NCBI RefSeq assembly: GCF_019710635.1
Contig: NZ_JAIFZS010000057.1
Location: 3,775 to 35,774, forward strand
Source: Mycolicibacterium xanthum
GTDB taxonomy: Bacteria; Actinomycetota; Actinomycetes; Mycobacteriales; Mycobacteriaceae
Direction: 5' to 3'
Length of the DNA: 32,000 nucleotides
The notes below the pieces were generated by a model that saw only the letters and a program-made list of their open reading frames with translations, was not told the DNA's origin and searched no databases. A program made the translations under genes and the position numbers. The stretch's first letter is position 1; the number at the start of each line of letters is the position of its first letter. Positions 8,959 through 17,017 of the stretch are shown here, piece after piece.

Positions 8959-9228
8959 CTACTTGTTCTGCCCCGGCGCGTTTTCTGGGCCGTTGTTCTT
9001 GACATCGTGGACACCTTTCGCGATGACGCCCCCTTGCAGGTGTCCGGCGGTTGCCGCGGAGCTGGCCGCCGGACCCCAATCGGTGCCGGACGCTTTGTCG
9101 TGCCCGGGGACGTCGAGCCCCCAGACCGGCCCGTGATTACCCCGATTTCCCTCGTCGGCCCAAGCCGTTGCGACCGTTCCCATCATCAGACCGAACACAG
9201 CGGTGCCCACGATCAGTGCTCGTTTCAC
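8959..9228 (-). CDS. Small exported protein, hypothetical
   Basis: GTG start at 9228 preceded by AGGGGGA; VKRALIVGTAVFGLMMGTVATAWADEGNRG... has a clear signal peptide and a Gly/Asn/His-rich mature part. Confidence 0.6.
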   Translation of the reverse strand: MKRALIVGTAVFGLMMGTVATAWADEGNRGNHGPVWGLDVPGHDKASGTDWGPAASSAATAGHLQGGVIAKGVHDVKNNGPENAPGQNK

Positions 9229-9504
9229 GGGTATCCCCCTCCATTGGATGCGGCACATTGCTGCATGCTTTGAATGCCGAACTGTGCTGAACAGCTAATG
9301 GCATGGATCCGCCGGGTGCTAGAGGCTAAGGTCCTTTGTCGATCCGTTGTCACCAGTTTGCTGTCAGCCCTCTGGCCTGACCAGCGGGGCGATCGCAATC
9401 GCTAAGATCTCGTCTGGGTCGGCGGCGCGCTTCGTCATCAACGCCCCAGTGCCGCGGGCGGGGGTGGTGGTCACGACGACTTTCTTATGCTGTCTTTTCA
9501 CACT

Positions 9505-9784
9505 GGCCTACGCCGCCCCGCCGCCCTACCGGCTGCTCGACCAGCCGCGCGGCACCACCCGGGCGTTCTTCGACGTGGAGTTCGCCACCACCGGGTGGAC
9601 GTCGCTGGCCAACGTCACCGGGTGGGCCGCGATGTCGCTGCCACTGGGCGTCACCGCCGACGGCCTGCCGATCGGCGTCCAGCTGATGGCACCCGACGAG
9701 ACGATCCTGCTGAAGCTGTCCGCCCAGCTGGAAACGGCGATACCGTGGGCCGGCCGCCGACCGCCGGGCGGGGTGGCCGGCTGA
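9505..9784 (+). pseudogene. Amidase-signature family protein, C-terminal remnant
   Basis: 'AFFDVEFATTGWTSLANVTGWAAMSLPLGVTADGLPIGVQLMAPDETILLKLSAQLETAIPWAGRRP' is a canonical amidase C-terminus, in a different frame from the N-terminal remnant. Confidence 0.8.
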
Positions 9785-9798
9785 CCCGAGGAGGCCGC

Positions 9799-10650
9799 AT
9801 GCTCAGGGACATCCGGGAACTGACCGATGACCCGGAGGAGTACGCGGCGGAACTGCGCCGACGCTGGGGCGGCCTGCTCAGCTACCGCTACATCGGCCGC
9901 AGCTACGCCCAGATGGATCTCGGGCCCGAGGACAACACCGTCACGGTGCGGCGCGACATGCGCGACGGCGCCGGCGGGCTGCTGCTGGCCGTCCTCGGCA
10001 TCGCCTCCCCGGAGGGCGGCCACATGTCCGACCTGGAGGCGGTGCCCAACCCGGTGATCCACAGCTGCCAGATCCTCGACCCGGGAGTCGGCGTCGAGCG
10101 CATCGAGATCGTCTCCGAGGAGATCAAGCGCGGCAGGCAGATGGGCTACAGCCGGTCGAAGATCGTCGACGCCGACCACCCGGCCCGGGTGCTGGCGCTG
10201 ACCGAAGGTCAGGGCATCAGCATCGGCACGCCGCCCGCCGGCCTGCAGAAGATGGCGGCCAACCCGCTCGAGATCGCCGACTCCCCCGCCCTGCCCCCGC
10301 TGTGGGAGGTGTTCGGCGCCCGGCTACGGTCCGACGGCCGCTGGGCACTGCCGGAGCTGTCCGTCGACGTCGCCTCCCCCGATGCTGCGCTGCACATCGG
10401 ACCGCAGTTCGTCACCCTCGAGGCCGCCGCCGTGCAGCGTGCCGCCGAGCTGACCGGCACCACCCGGCTGCACGGTGTCTCGTCGCACGTCATGTTCGTC
10501 GCCCGCGGCAAGGCCGGTCCGTTCCGTGTCGAGACAGAGCCGCTGATGGGAGCCCCGGGCGCCGTCGCGGTGCGGGTGGTGATGCACGACGAGGGCTGCG
10601 ACGATCGCGTCACCACCGTGGGCTCGTACCTATTTCGGAGAGCCGATTAG
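9799..10650 (+). CDS. Conserved hypothetical protein, possibly hotdog-fold thioesterase-like
   Basis: ATG at 9799 with upstream GAGGAGG; two segments resembling hotdog domains ('GLLLAVLGIASPEGGHMSDLEAVPN', 'TTRLHGVSSHVMFVARG'). Confidence 0.6.
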   Translation: MLRDIRELTDDPEEYAAELRRRWGGLLSYRYIGRSYAQMDLGPEDNTVTVRRDMRDGAGGLLLAVLGIASPEGGHMSDLEAVPNPVIHSCQILDPGVGVERIEIVSEEIKRGRQMGYSRSKIVDADHPARVLALTEGQGISIGTPPAGLQKMAANPLEIADSPALPPLWEVFGARLRSDGRWALPELSVDVASPDAALHIGPQFVTLEAAAVQRAAELTGTTRLHGVSSHVMFVARGKAGPFRVETEPLMGAPGAVAVRVVMHDEGCDDRVTTVGSYLFRRAD

Positions 10651-10682
10651 GCCGCTGTGACAGGCATGGGACACTTCTGCGC

Positions 10683-11630
10683 ATGGCTCTCGACATCGCA
10701 CGTCCCAAGCTCGAAGGCAATATCGCCGTCGGTGAAGAACGCCAGATCGGATTCGCCGAGTTCGGGGATCCGCAGGGGCGGGCGATCTTCTGGTTGCACG
10801 GCACGCCCGGTGCCCGGCGCCAGATCCCGGTTGAGGCCCGGATCTATGCCGAGCGGCACCAGATCCGGCTGATCGGGGTGGACCGGCCCGGCATCGGCTC
10901 CTCGACCCCGCACGAGTACGAGACCGTCATCGACTTCGCCGAGGATCTGCGCACCATCGCCGACACGCTGGGCATCGACAAGATGGAGGTCATCGGGCTA
11001 TCCGGCGGCGGGCCGTACACCCTGGGCTGCGCGGCAGCGATGCCCGAACGGGTGATCGCGGTCGGTGTTCTCGGCGGCGTGGCCCCCACCCAGGGCGAGG
11101 ACCGCATCGGCGGCGGGCTGATGGGCGGCCTCGGGCTGCACGCTGCCCCGCTGCTCGAATACGCCGGTGCTCCGCTCAGCAGAGTCGCGACCCGGCTCAT
11201 CCGGCTGATCAAGCCGGTTGCCGAGCCCGGCATCTATCTGTACGCCAGCATCTCACCGGAAGGCGACCGCCGGCTGCTGGCGCGCCCGGAGTTCAAGGCG
11301 ATGTTCCTCGACGACCTGCTCAACGGGGCCCGCAAGCAACTCGCCGCGCCGTTCGCCGACGTCGTGGTGTTCGCCAGGGACTGGGGATTCCGCCTCGACG
11401 AGGTCAAGGTGCCGGTGCGCTGGTGGCACGGCGACCGCGACCACATCGTCCCCTACGCACACGGCGAACACGTCGTCTCCAGGCTCCCCGACGCGCAGCT
11501 GTTCACGCTGCCGGGCGAGAGCCACCTCGGAGGCCTCGGCGAGGCGGAGACGATCCTGGCCTCGATGGTCCAGCTGTGGGACGCCTGCCAGTCCGAGTCT
11601 GACGGCGCGCCCGGCGGCGGGAAACGCTGA
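10683..11630 (+). CDS. Alpha/beta hydrolase
   Basis: 'IFWLHGTPGARRQIP', 'GVDRPGIGSS', 'VIGLSGGGPYTLGCA', 'VRWWHGDRDHIVPY', 'LPGESHLG'. Confidence 0.92.
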   Translation: MALDIARPKLEGNIAVGEERQIGFAEFGDPQGRAIFWLHGTPGARRQIPVEARIYAERHQIRLIGVDRPGIGSSTPHEYETVIDFAEDLRTIADTLGIDKMEVIGLSGGGPYTLGCAAAMPERVIAVGVLGGVAPTQGEDRIGGGLMGGLGLHAAPLLEYAGAPLSRVATRLIRLIKPVAEPGIYLYASISPEGDRRLLARPEFKAMFLDDLLNGARKQLAAPFADVVVFARDWGFRLDEVKVPVRWWHGDRDHIVPYAHGEHVVSRLPDAQLFTLPGESHLGGLGEAETILASMVQLWDACQSESDGAPGGGKR

Positions 11631-11633
11631 GGC

Positions 11634-11858
11634 TCAGCGCTTCAGCCAGCCCTGCACGGTGGCGATGTCGCTGCTGTAGGACTGCATGATGTCGTCGTGG
11701 TACAGCGTGCCGCCGCTGATCGCCGTGTCACCCCGCCAGACCACGTGCACCCGGACGATGCCCTTGTCGAAGTAATCGCTGCGATCGGCCACCCGGTGGT
11801 GCCATCCGGTCTCCTCGGCGAGAGCCGAGAACGCTCGCCGCTCGTCGGTGTCAACCAT
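11634..11858 (-). CDS. Hypothetical protein, 74 aa
   Basis: MVDTDERRAFSALAEETGWHHRV...; possible RBS (GAAGGAGGATC) just upstream of the ATG. Confidence 0.6.
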   Translation of the reverse strand: MVDTDERRAFSALAEETGWHHRVADRSDYFDKGIVRVHVVWRGDTAISGGTLYHDDIMQSYSSDIATVQGWLKR

Positions 11859-11885
11859 CGATGATCCTCCTTCGTCGGGGCTACT

Positions 11886-13178
11886 CTAGCGGTCTCCGGA
11901 CAGCGCCCGGCGCAGCAGATGCATGGCGACCGTCGTCGAGCGCTCGCGGACATCGCTGCGGTCGCCGGGCAGCAGCGTGGTCCGCGTGGTCATCTCCACC
12001 CCCGCGCCAGCGCTCGCCACCGCTACCGAAAAGCACACCGTGCCAACCGGTTTGGACTCAGTCCCGCCGCCCGGTCCGGCGATTCCGGTGACCGCGACCG
12101 AGGTGTCGGCACCGAACCGCCGCAGTGCGCCGCGGGCCATCGCCTCGGCGACCGGCTCGGACACGGCGCCGTGGTGTTCGATCAGCGCGGCGTCGACCCC
12201 CAGCAACTCGGACTTCGCCGAGTTCGCGTACGCCGTCACGCCACCGGCGACATAAGCCGAGGAGCCCGGGCGCTCGGTGAGCCGGGCGGACAGCAGGCCG
12301 CCCGTGCAGGACTCCGCGGTGGCGATCCGCCTGCCCGTGAGCAACCCGGCGATCTGGTCGTCGACCAGCGACCCGTCCTCGGAGAAGATTTCGCGGGCAT
12401 GGCGATCCCGCAGCACCGTCAGCAGGTCCGAGTAGGCCGCGGCGTCAGCCGGCTCGAATCGGGTGACGATCTCCAGTTCGCCGCGGCGCAGGCAGGTGGT
12501 GATCTCCAGCCGGTCGAATCCGTCGACGCTGCGCTCGGCGTCGCGCAGGGTGTCGGCGAGCCCCGATTCGGGCAGCCCGAACATCCGGACCGTCTGCTGG
12601 CGGAACACCGTGCGACCGGCGATCGCGGTTTGCACCGCCTCGGTGGCCACCGCGGCACCCCACATCGGCTGCAGCTCGCGGGGTGGACCGGGCAACACCA
12701 CCACCGTCGGGGTCCCCGGGACCACGACGCCGGGTGCGGTGCCCACCGGGTCGAGGATGATCGCGCCCCGCGGCACCAGCGCCTGCTTTCGGTTGGCGGC
12801 CCGGACCGCCTCGACGTCCACCCCGGGGAAGCGGGCCATCATGGTGGTGACGATCTCGCCGATGCGCGCCTCCAGCGCATCGTCGAGTACCAGTTCGCGA
12901 CCGCAGAACCGGGCGACGATCTCGACCGTCATGTCGTCGGCGGTCGGCCCGAGGCCACCGCTGGTGATGATGAGGTCCACGTCCTGATCGGCCAGGAAGC
13001 GCAGCTGGGCCTCGATGTCGGCGGGGCGGTCACCACACAGCGTGATGTGGCCCAGCTCCACACCGAGTTCCAGCAGCCGGTCGGCCAGCCACGGACCGTT
13101 GCGGTCTGCCACGCGTCCAGTGAGGACCTCGGTCCCCGTCACCACGATCCCGGCCCGTACGCTCACGGGAGGAGACAC
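11886..13178 (-). CDS. cinA: CinA family protein (competence/damage-inducible)
   Basis: 430 aa; '[26 protein letters not shown]', '[15 protein letters not shown]', 'GTVCFSVA', '[17 protein letters not shown]', '[17 protein letters not shown]'. Confidence 0.92.
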   Translation of the reverse strand: MSPPVSVRAGIVVTGTEVLTGRVADRNGPWLADRLLELGVELGHITLCGDRPADIEAQLRFLADQDVDLIITSGGLGPTADDMTVEIVARFCGRELVLDDALEARIGEIVTTMMARFPGVDVEAVRAANRKQALVPRGAIILDPVGTAPGVVVPGTPTVVVLPGPPRELQPMWGAAVATEAVQTAIAGRTVFRQQTVRMFGLPESGLADTLRDAERSVDGFDRLEITTCLRRGELEIVTRFEPADAAAYSDLLTVLRDRHAREIFSEDGSLVDDQIAGLLTGRRIATAESCTGGLLSARLTERPGSSAYVAGGVTAYANSAKSELLGVDAALIEHHGAVSEPVAEAMARGALRRFGADTSVAVTGIAGPGGGTESKPVGTVCFSVAVASAGAGVEMTTRTTLLPGDRSDVRERSTTVAMHLLRRALSGDR

Positions 13179-13210
13179 TACGCAGCGCCGTGGTCGGGCC
13201 GGCCCGGCGG

Positions 13211-13957
13211 CTACTTGTGGGGCACGTCGAGGACCAGCCCACCGTCCATGACGAACTCGGCGCCGGTCGAATACCGCGACTCGTCACTGGCCAGGAACAC
13301 CACGAAGGTGGCCACCTCGTCGGGCTGCCCCGGCCGGCCCAGCGGGATGCGCAGCATGTCATCCGGGAAGTACTTGGTCATCGGGGTGCGGATGAACCCC
13401 GGATGTACCGAGTTGACCCGGATGTTGTGCGCGCCGAGTTCGAGCGCGGCGGACTTGGTCAGGCCGCGCACCGCCCACTTGGAGGCGACGTAGGGGTGCA
13501 CCATGACGGCGCCGCGCAGCCCCTCGATCGACGAGATGTTGATGATCGAACCGCCCCCGGCGGCCTTCATCGCCTCGACCGAGGCCTGCATGCCGAGGAA
13601 CGTGCCGGTGAGGTTGACGTCGATGACCTTCTGCCACTTGGCCATGTCGAACTGGCCGATCAGGCCGAGTGCCACGGTTCCGGCGTTGTTGACCAGCACG
13701 TTGAGCGTGCCGAACTCGGTGACCGCGGTGTCCACCGCCGCCTCCCACTGGTCGGCCTGCGTGACGTCGAGGTGCACGTACTGCGCGGCGCCGGGGTGTT
13801 CGGCGTCGATCTCGTCGGCCAGCGCCTTGCCCTTGTCGTCGAGGATGTCCCCGATCACGACCTTCGCCCCCTCGGCGACCAGCGCCCGGGCATCGGCTGC
13901 ACCCATCCCCTGTGCCCCGCCACTGATGAGTGCCACTTTTCCGTCCACGCGTCCCAT
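13211..13957 (-). CDS. Short-chain dehydrogenase, FabG3 / 3-alpha(20-beta)-hydroxysteroid dehydrogenase-like
   Basis: '[31 protein letters not shown]', 'NNAG', '[10 protein letters not shown]', '[10 protein letters not shown]'; strong recalled resemblance to Rv2002 (FabG3). Confidence 0.85.
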   Translation of the reverse strand: MGRVDGKVALISGGAQGMGAADARALVAEGAKVVIGDILDDKGKALADEIDAEHPGAAQYVHLDVTQADQWEAAVDTAVTEFGTLNVLVNNAGTVALGLIGQFDMAKWQKVIDVNLTGTFLGMQASVEAMKAAGGGSIINISSIEGLRGAVMVHPYVASKWAVRGLTKSAALELGAHNIRVNSVHPGFIRTPMTKYFPDDMLRIPLGRPGQPDEVATFVVFLASDESRYSTGAEFVMDGGLVLDVPHK

Positions 13958-13991
13958 GGGCCGAGAGGTTACCGCACCGCCGGCGAGAAAC

Positions 13992-14005
13992 TAGAACCTG
14001 TTCCA
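13992..14005. promoter_or_regulatory. Candidate KstR-type operator
   Basis: TAGAACCTGTTCCA fits TnnAACnnGTTnnA exactly and lies in the 79-bp divergent intergenic region. Confidence 0.55.
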
Positions 14006-14036
14006 ATTCGGCCGCCGACCACGCATACTGCTGGCC

Positions 14037-15113
14037 ATGGCTATTCGGGTGGCGCTGATCGGTACCGGCAACTGCGGCAGCATCGCATTGCGTCAACTGA
14101 TCTCCGACGCACGCTTCGATCTGACCGGTGTGTGGGTGTCGTCTCCGGCCAAAATCGGCAAGGACGCCGGGGAACTGGCCCGCCTCGACGTGATGACGGG
14201 TGTCACCGCCGTCGGCGATATGCCCGCGATCATCGCAGCGCGCCCGGACTGCGTGGTCTACTGCGCGATGGGCGACGTGCGGCCGAAGGAGTCGCTGGCC
14301 GACGTCCGGGCCTTCCTCGAGGCCGGCATCAACGTCGTCGGATCGTCCCCGGGGTTCCTGGCCTATCCGTGGGGCGTCATTCCCGACCGGGCCATCGAGC
14401 GGGTCGAGGCCGCTGCCCGGCAGGGCGATGCGAGCGTCTTCGTCACCGGCGTGGATCCCGGATTCGTCACCGATCTGCTTCCGCTGGCGCTGGCGGGCAC
14501 CTGCCAGAGCGTCGAGCAGATCCGGACGATGGAGATCGCCGACTACGCCACCTACGACGGCGCGACGGTGATGTTCGACGTGATGGGGTTCGGCAACGAG
14601 ATCGGCGATCTGCCGATGCTCTATCAGCCCGGCATGCTGAGCCTGGCCTGGGGCGTCGGGATCCGCCAGCTCGCGGCGGGCCTGGGCATCGAGATCGACG
14701 ACATCCGCGACAGCGTGGAACAGGGACCCGCCCCGGAGGATTTCGACGTCGCGGTCGGCACCATCAGGAAGGGCACCGTAGCCGCGGTGCGCTTCCTGAT
14801 CGAGGGTCTGGTGGGTGGCAGGCCGGCCATCGTGGTGGAGCACATCACCCGGCTGCGCGGCGACCTTCGGCCCGACTGGGCGCAACCCGCACAGCAGGGC
14901 GGGTCCTACCGGGTCGAGATCACCGGCGAGCCGTCCTATGTGATGGACATCTGCCCGACCAGCCGGCACGGCGACCACAACTACGCGGCGATCCTGGCGG
15001 CGGCCGGCCGCATCGTCAACGCCATCCCGGACGTGGTGGCGGCCGCGCCGGGGATCCGGACCACGCTGGACCTGCCGCTGGTCACCGGCAACGGCGTCTA
15101 CCGGCCGGCCTGA
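14037..15113 (+). CDS. NAD(P)H-dependent amine dehydrogenase / dihydrodipicolinate reductase-like family protein
   Basis: 358 aa; 'IRVALIGTGNCGSIALRQLI', 'LTGVWVSSPAKIGKDAGELA', 'VVGSSPGFLAY', 'VTGVDPGFVTDLLPLALAG'. Confidence 0.75.
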   Translation: MAIRVALIGTGNCGSIALRQLISDARFDLTGVWVSSPAKIGKDAGELARLDVMTGVTAVGDMPAIIAARPDCVVYCAMGDVRPKESLADVRAFLEAGINVVGSSPGFLAYPWGVIPDRAIERVEAAARQGDASVFVTGVDPGFVTDLLPLALAGTCQSVEQIRTMEIADYATYDGATVMFDVMGFGNEIGDLPMLYQPGMLSLAWGVGIRQLAAGLGIEIDDIRDSVEQGPAPEDFDVAVGTIRKGTVAAVRFLIEGLVGGRPAIVVEHITRLRGDLRPDWAQPAQQGGSYRVEITGEPSYVMDICPTSRHGDHNYAAILAAAGRIVNAIPDVVAAAPGIRTTLDLPLVTGNGVYRPA

Positions 15114-15114
15114 A

Positions 15115-15561
15115 TCAGGTGCGGGCGACGCCGCGCCAGGCCAGCCGTACCCGGGTGCCGTCGGTGGAGCCCTCGATCGTGGCCTCGTCGGACAGCGTCT
15201 TCATCAGCGGTATCCCGCGGCCGCGGGTGCGCGGCGTGGGATCGGTCTGCGGGGTGCGCCAGGTGCCGTGGTCACAGATCTCCACCGTCAGGGTCTGCTG
15301 ATCGGGGTGGTAGGCCGCCTGCATGTCGATGGTGCCCGGGCGGTCGTCGAGCACGTAGGCGAACTCGGCGGCGTTGGCCAGCGCCTCATTGGTCGCCAGC
15401 ACCAGATCACTGCTGCGCACGGCGTCGAGGTCGAAGAACCGGCCGAGCCACCGCGCGAAATCCTCGCGGGCCCGCGCGACCGCCCCGGCGTCGGCGTCCA
15501 GGCCGAGGCGTTCGAAGCGCTCGGAGTCGGCGACCTCAGCCGGCGGCATGGACTCGATCAT
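15115..15561 (-). CDS. Anti-sigma regulatory factor, RsbW/SpoIIAB-like ATPase
   Basis: 'DLVLATNEALANAAEFAY' N-box; 'VEICDHGTWRTP...RTRGRGIPLMKTLSDE' G1/G2 boxes (HATPase_c_2). Confidence 0.88.
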   Translation of the reverse strand: MIESMPPAEVADSERFERLGLDADAGAVARAREDFARWLGRFFDLDAVRSSDLVLATNEALANAAEFAYVLDDRPGTIDMQAAYHPDQQTLTVEICDHGTWRTPQTDPTPRTRGRGIPLMKTLSDEATIEGSTDGTRVRLAWRGVART

Positions 15562-15605
15562 GGCAGTCGGTGGCTACCCCGCTGGACATGTTCCTACGCG
15601 CTTTC

Positions 15606-15998
15606 CTACGTGTTGTATGCGGCCAGCGCCTCATCCAGGCTCGGATAAAGACTGACGATGTCGGCGATGCCCACCAGTTTGAGCGGCCGACTGGTGGCCG
15701 GGCCTTCCGCGACCACGCTGAATGCGACGTCGGGGCCGGCCTTGTCGTGCGCGGCGACCAACACGCCCATTCCGGCCGAGGCCAGGAACTCGACATCGGT
15801 GAAATCGACCACCACACCTGCGGGCCGCTGGTCGAGCGCCGCGTTGATGGCGGCCTCGAGCTGGGGCGAGGTGAGCATGTCGACGACGCCGGCGACCGAC
15901 ACGACCGCCACGCGGTCGACCCACCGCTCGGTGACGACACAGTTCGAGGCGGTCGCCCCGCCGGCACCCTGCGTGCCTTCGGCTGCTTGCTCGTCCAA
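15606..15998 (-). CDS. STAS-domain anti-anti-sigma factor (RsbV/SpoIIAA-like)
   Basis: 'VAVVSVAGVVDMLTSPQLEAAI', 'GVVVDFTDVEFLASAGMGVLVAA' with a candidate phosphorylatable Ser. Confidence 0.88.
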   Translation of the reverse strand: MDEQAAEGTQGAGGATASNCVVTERWVDRVAVVSVAGVVDMLTSPQLEAAINAALDQRPAGVVVDFTDVEFLASAGMGVLVAAHDKAGPDVAFSVVAEGPATSRPLKLVGIADIVSLYPSLDEALAAYNT

Positions 15999-16039
15999 GG
16001 TTCACCTTCCATGTCAGGTCGCAGTCGCACGCGACGAAT

Positions 16040-16055
16040 GCACAAACGATTGTGC
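16040..16055. repeat. Inverted repeat upstream of the STAS gene
   Basis: GCACAA-ACGA-TTGTGC, 6-bp perfect arms, 42 bp upstream of the STAS start. Confidence 0.35.
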
Positions 16056-16146
16056 GCTCGCACAGGCTGCATCCTGAACCCGGCAAGACCAAACTACCCA
16101 ACGACCCAGCGCTTCTGCCGTGACCGGCCACAGATTAAACCAGGTG

Positions 16147-16161
16147 CGGGCGGCACGCCCG
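16147..16161. repeat. GC-rich inverted repeat
   Basis: CGGGCG-GCA-CGCCCG between the STAS gene and the HAD gene. Confidence 0.3.
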
Positions 16162-16201
16162 TAGCATGGCGGATCGACACCGGTGTGATCGGAGGAGGTG
16201 C

Positions 16202-16975
16202 ATGACCACGAACACCACCGATGCCGTCGGTGCCCCCGATCCGGTGGCCCAGATCGAGGCGGGTCCCGAGGGGCCACGGGTCGGGGCGTTCTTCGACCTG
16301 GACGGCACGCTGGTCGACGGGTTCACCGCCACCGCGCACGCCGGCGACCGGATCCGCCGCGGTCAGGCCCGCATCGGCGAGGTGCTGGGGGTGATCGAGG
16401 CGTCCATGCGCTACCGGTTCGGCCGCATGCAGTTCGAGCGGCTGCTGGTCCGGGCGGCGGGCTACCTGCGTGGCGAGTCGCTGGCCGAGCTCGACGAGGT
16501 CGGCGAGCGCCTGTTCGGTGAACGGGTGCGTGCGCGGCTGTTTCCGGACATGCGCCGGATCGTGCAGGCTCACCAGCGCCGTGGCCACACCGTTGTGCTG
16601 TGTTCGTCGGCGCTGACGATCCACGCCGAACCCGTCGCCCGCTTCCTGGACATCGAGAACGTGCTCTGCAACCACTTCGAGCTCGACGGCGCGGGCGCGC
16701 TGACCGGCCGCATCGCCAAACCCGTCATCTGGGGCCGGCAGAAGGCGGCGACCGTCGAACAGTTCTGCGCGAACAACGCCGTCGAGCTGGCGAGCAGCTA
16801 TTTCTACGCCGACGGTGACGAGGACTCCCACCTGATGGTCAAGGTCGGGTTCCCACGGCCGGTCAACCCGCGCCGCCGTCTGGCCGCGCTGGCCGCCGAG
16901 CGTGGTTGGCCGGTGCTGCGCATGGCGACGCCGGGCCGGGGCGGACATGGCGGACTGCGTGGTGTACTAAAGTAG
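16202..16975 (+). CDS. HAD-family hydrolase (HAD-IB / phosphoserine phosphatase-like)
   Basis: ATG after GGAGGAGG; 'AFFDLDGTLVDGFTA', 'VVLCSSALTIHAEPVAR', 'YFYADGDEDSHLMVKVGFPRPVNPRRRL'. Confidence 0.88.
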   Translation: MTTNTTDAVGAPDPVAQIEAGPEGPRVGAFFDLDGTLVDGFTATAHAGDRIRRGQARIGEVLGVIEASMRYRFGRMQFERLLVRAAGYLRGESLAELDEVGERLFGERVRARLFPDMRRIVQAHQRRGHTVVLCSSALTIHAEPVARFLDIENVLCNHFELDGAGALTGRIAKPVIWGRQKAATVEQFCANNAVELASSYFYADGDEDSHLMVKVGFPRPVNPRRRLAALAAERGWPVLRMATPGRGGHGGLRGVLK

Positions 16976-16986
16976 AACACGTTTCA
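16973..16986. promoter_or_regulatory. Candidate KstR-type operator
   Basis: TAGAACACGTTTCA fits TnnAACnnGTTnnA exactly; 31 bp upstream of the nitronate monooxygenase ATG. Confidence 0.5.
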
Positions 16987-17017
16987 GTTTTCGCCTCCGG
17001 CCCACGAGGAGCAGACT

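Noticed and set aside
8836-9504. Insertion sequence or MITE in the amidase locus
   Set aside because: No transposase, no terminal inverted repeats at the segment ends and no evident target duplication. The long hairpin at 8896-8933 fits a terminator better.
13195-13206. CGGGCCGGCCCG palindrome between the SDR and cinA genes
   Set aside because: Perfect 12-bp palindrome, but with no loop and in very GC-rich DNA; not distinctive enough to call a terminator or operator.
13190-15301. 703-aa plus-strand ORF
   Set aside because: It runs antisense to the SDR gene and out of frame with the amine dehydrogenase-like gene; composition is Arg/Gly/Pro-rich and has no domain. A high-GC shadow ORF.
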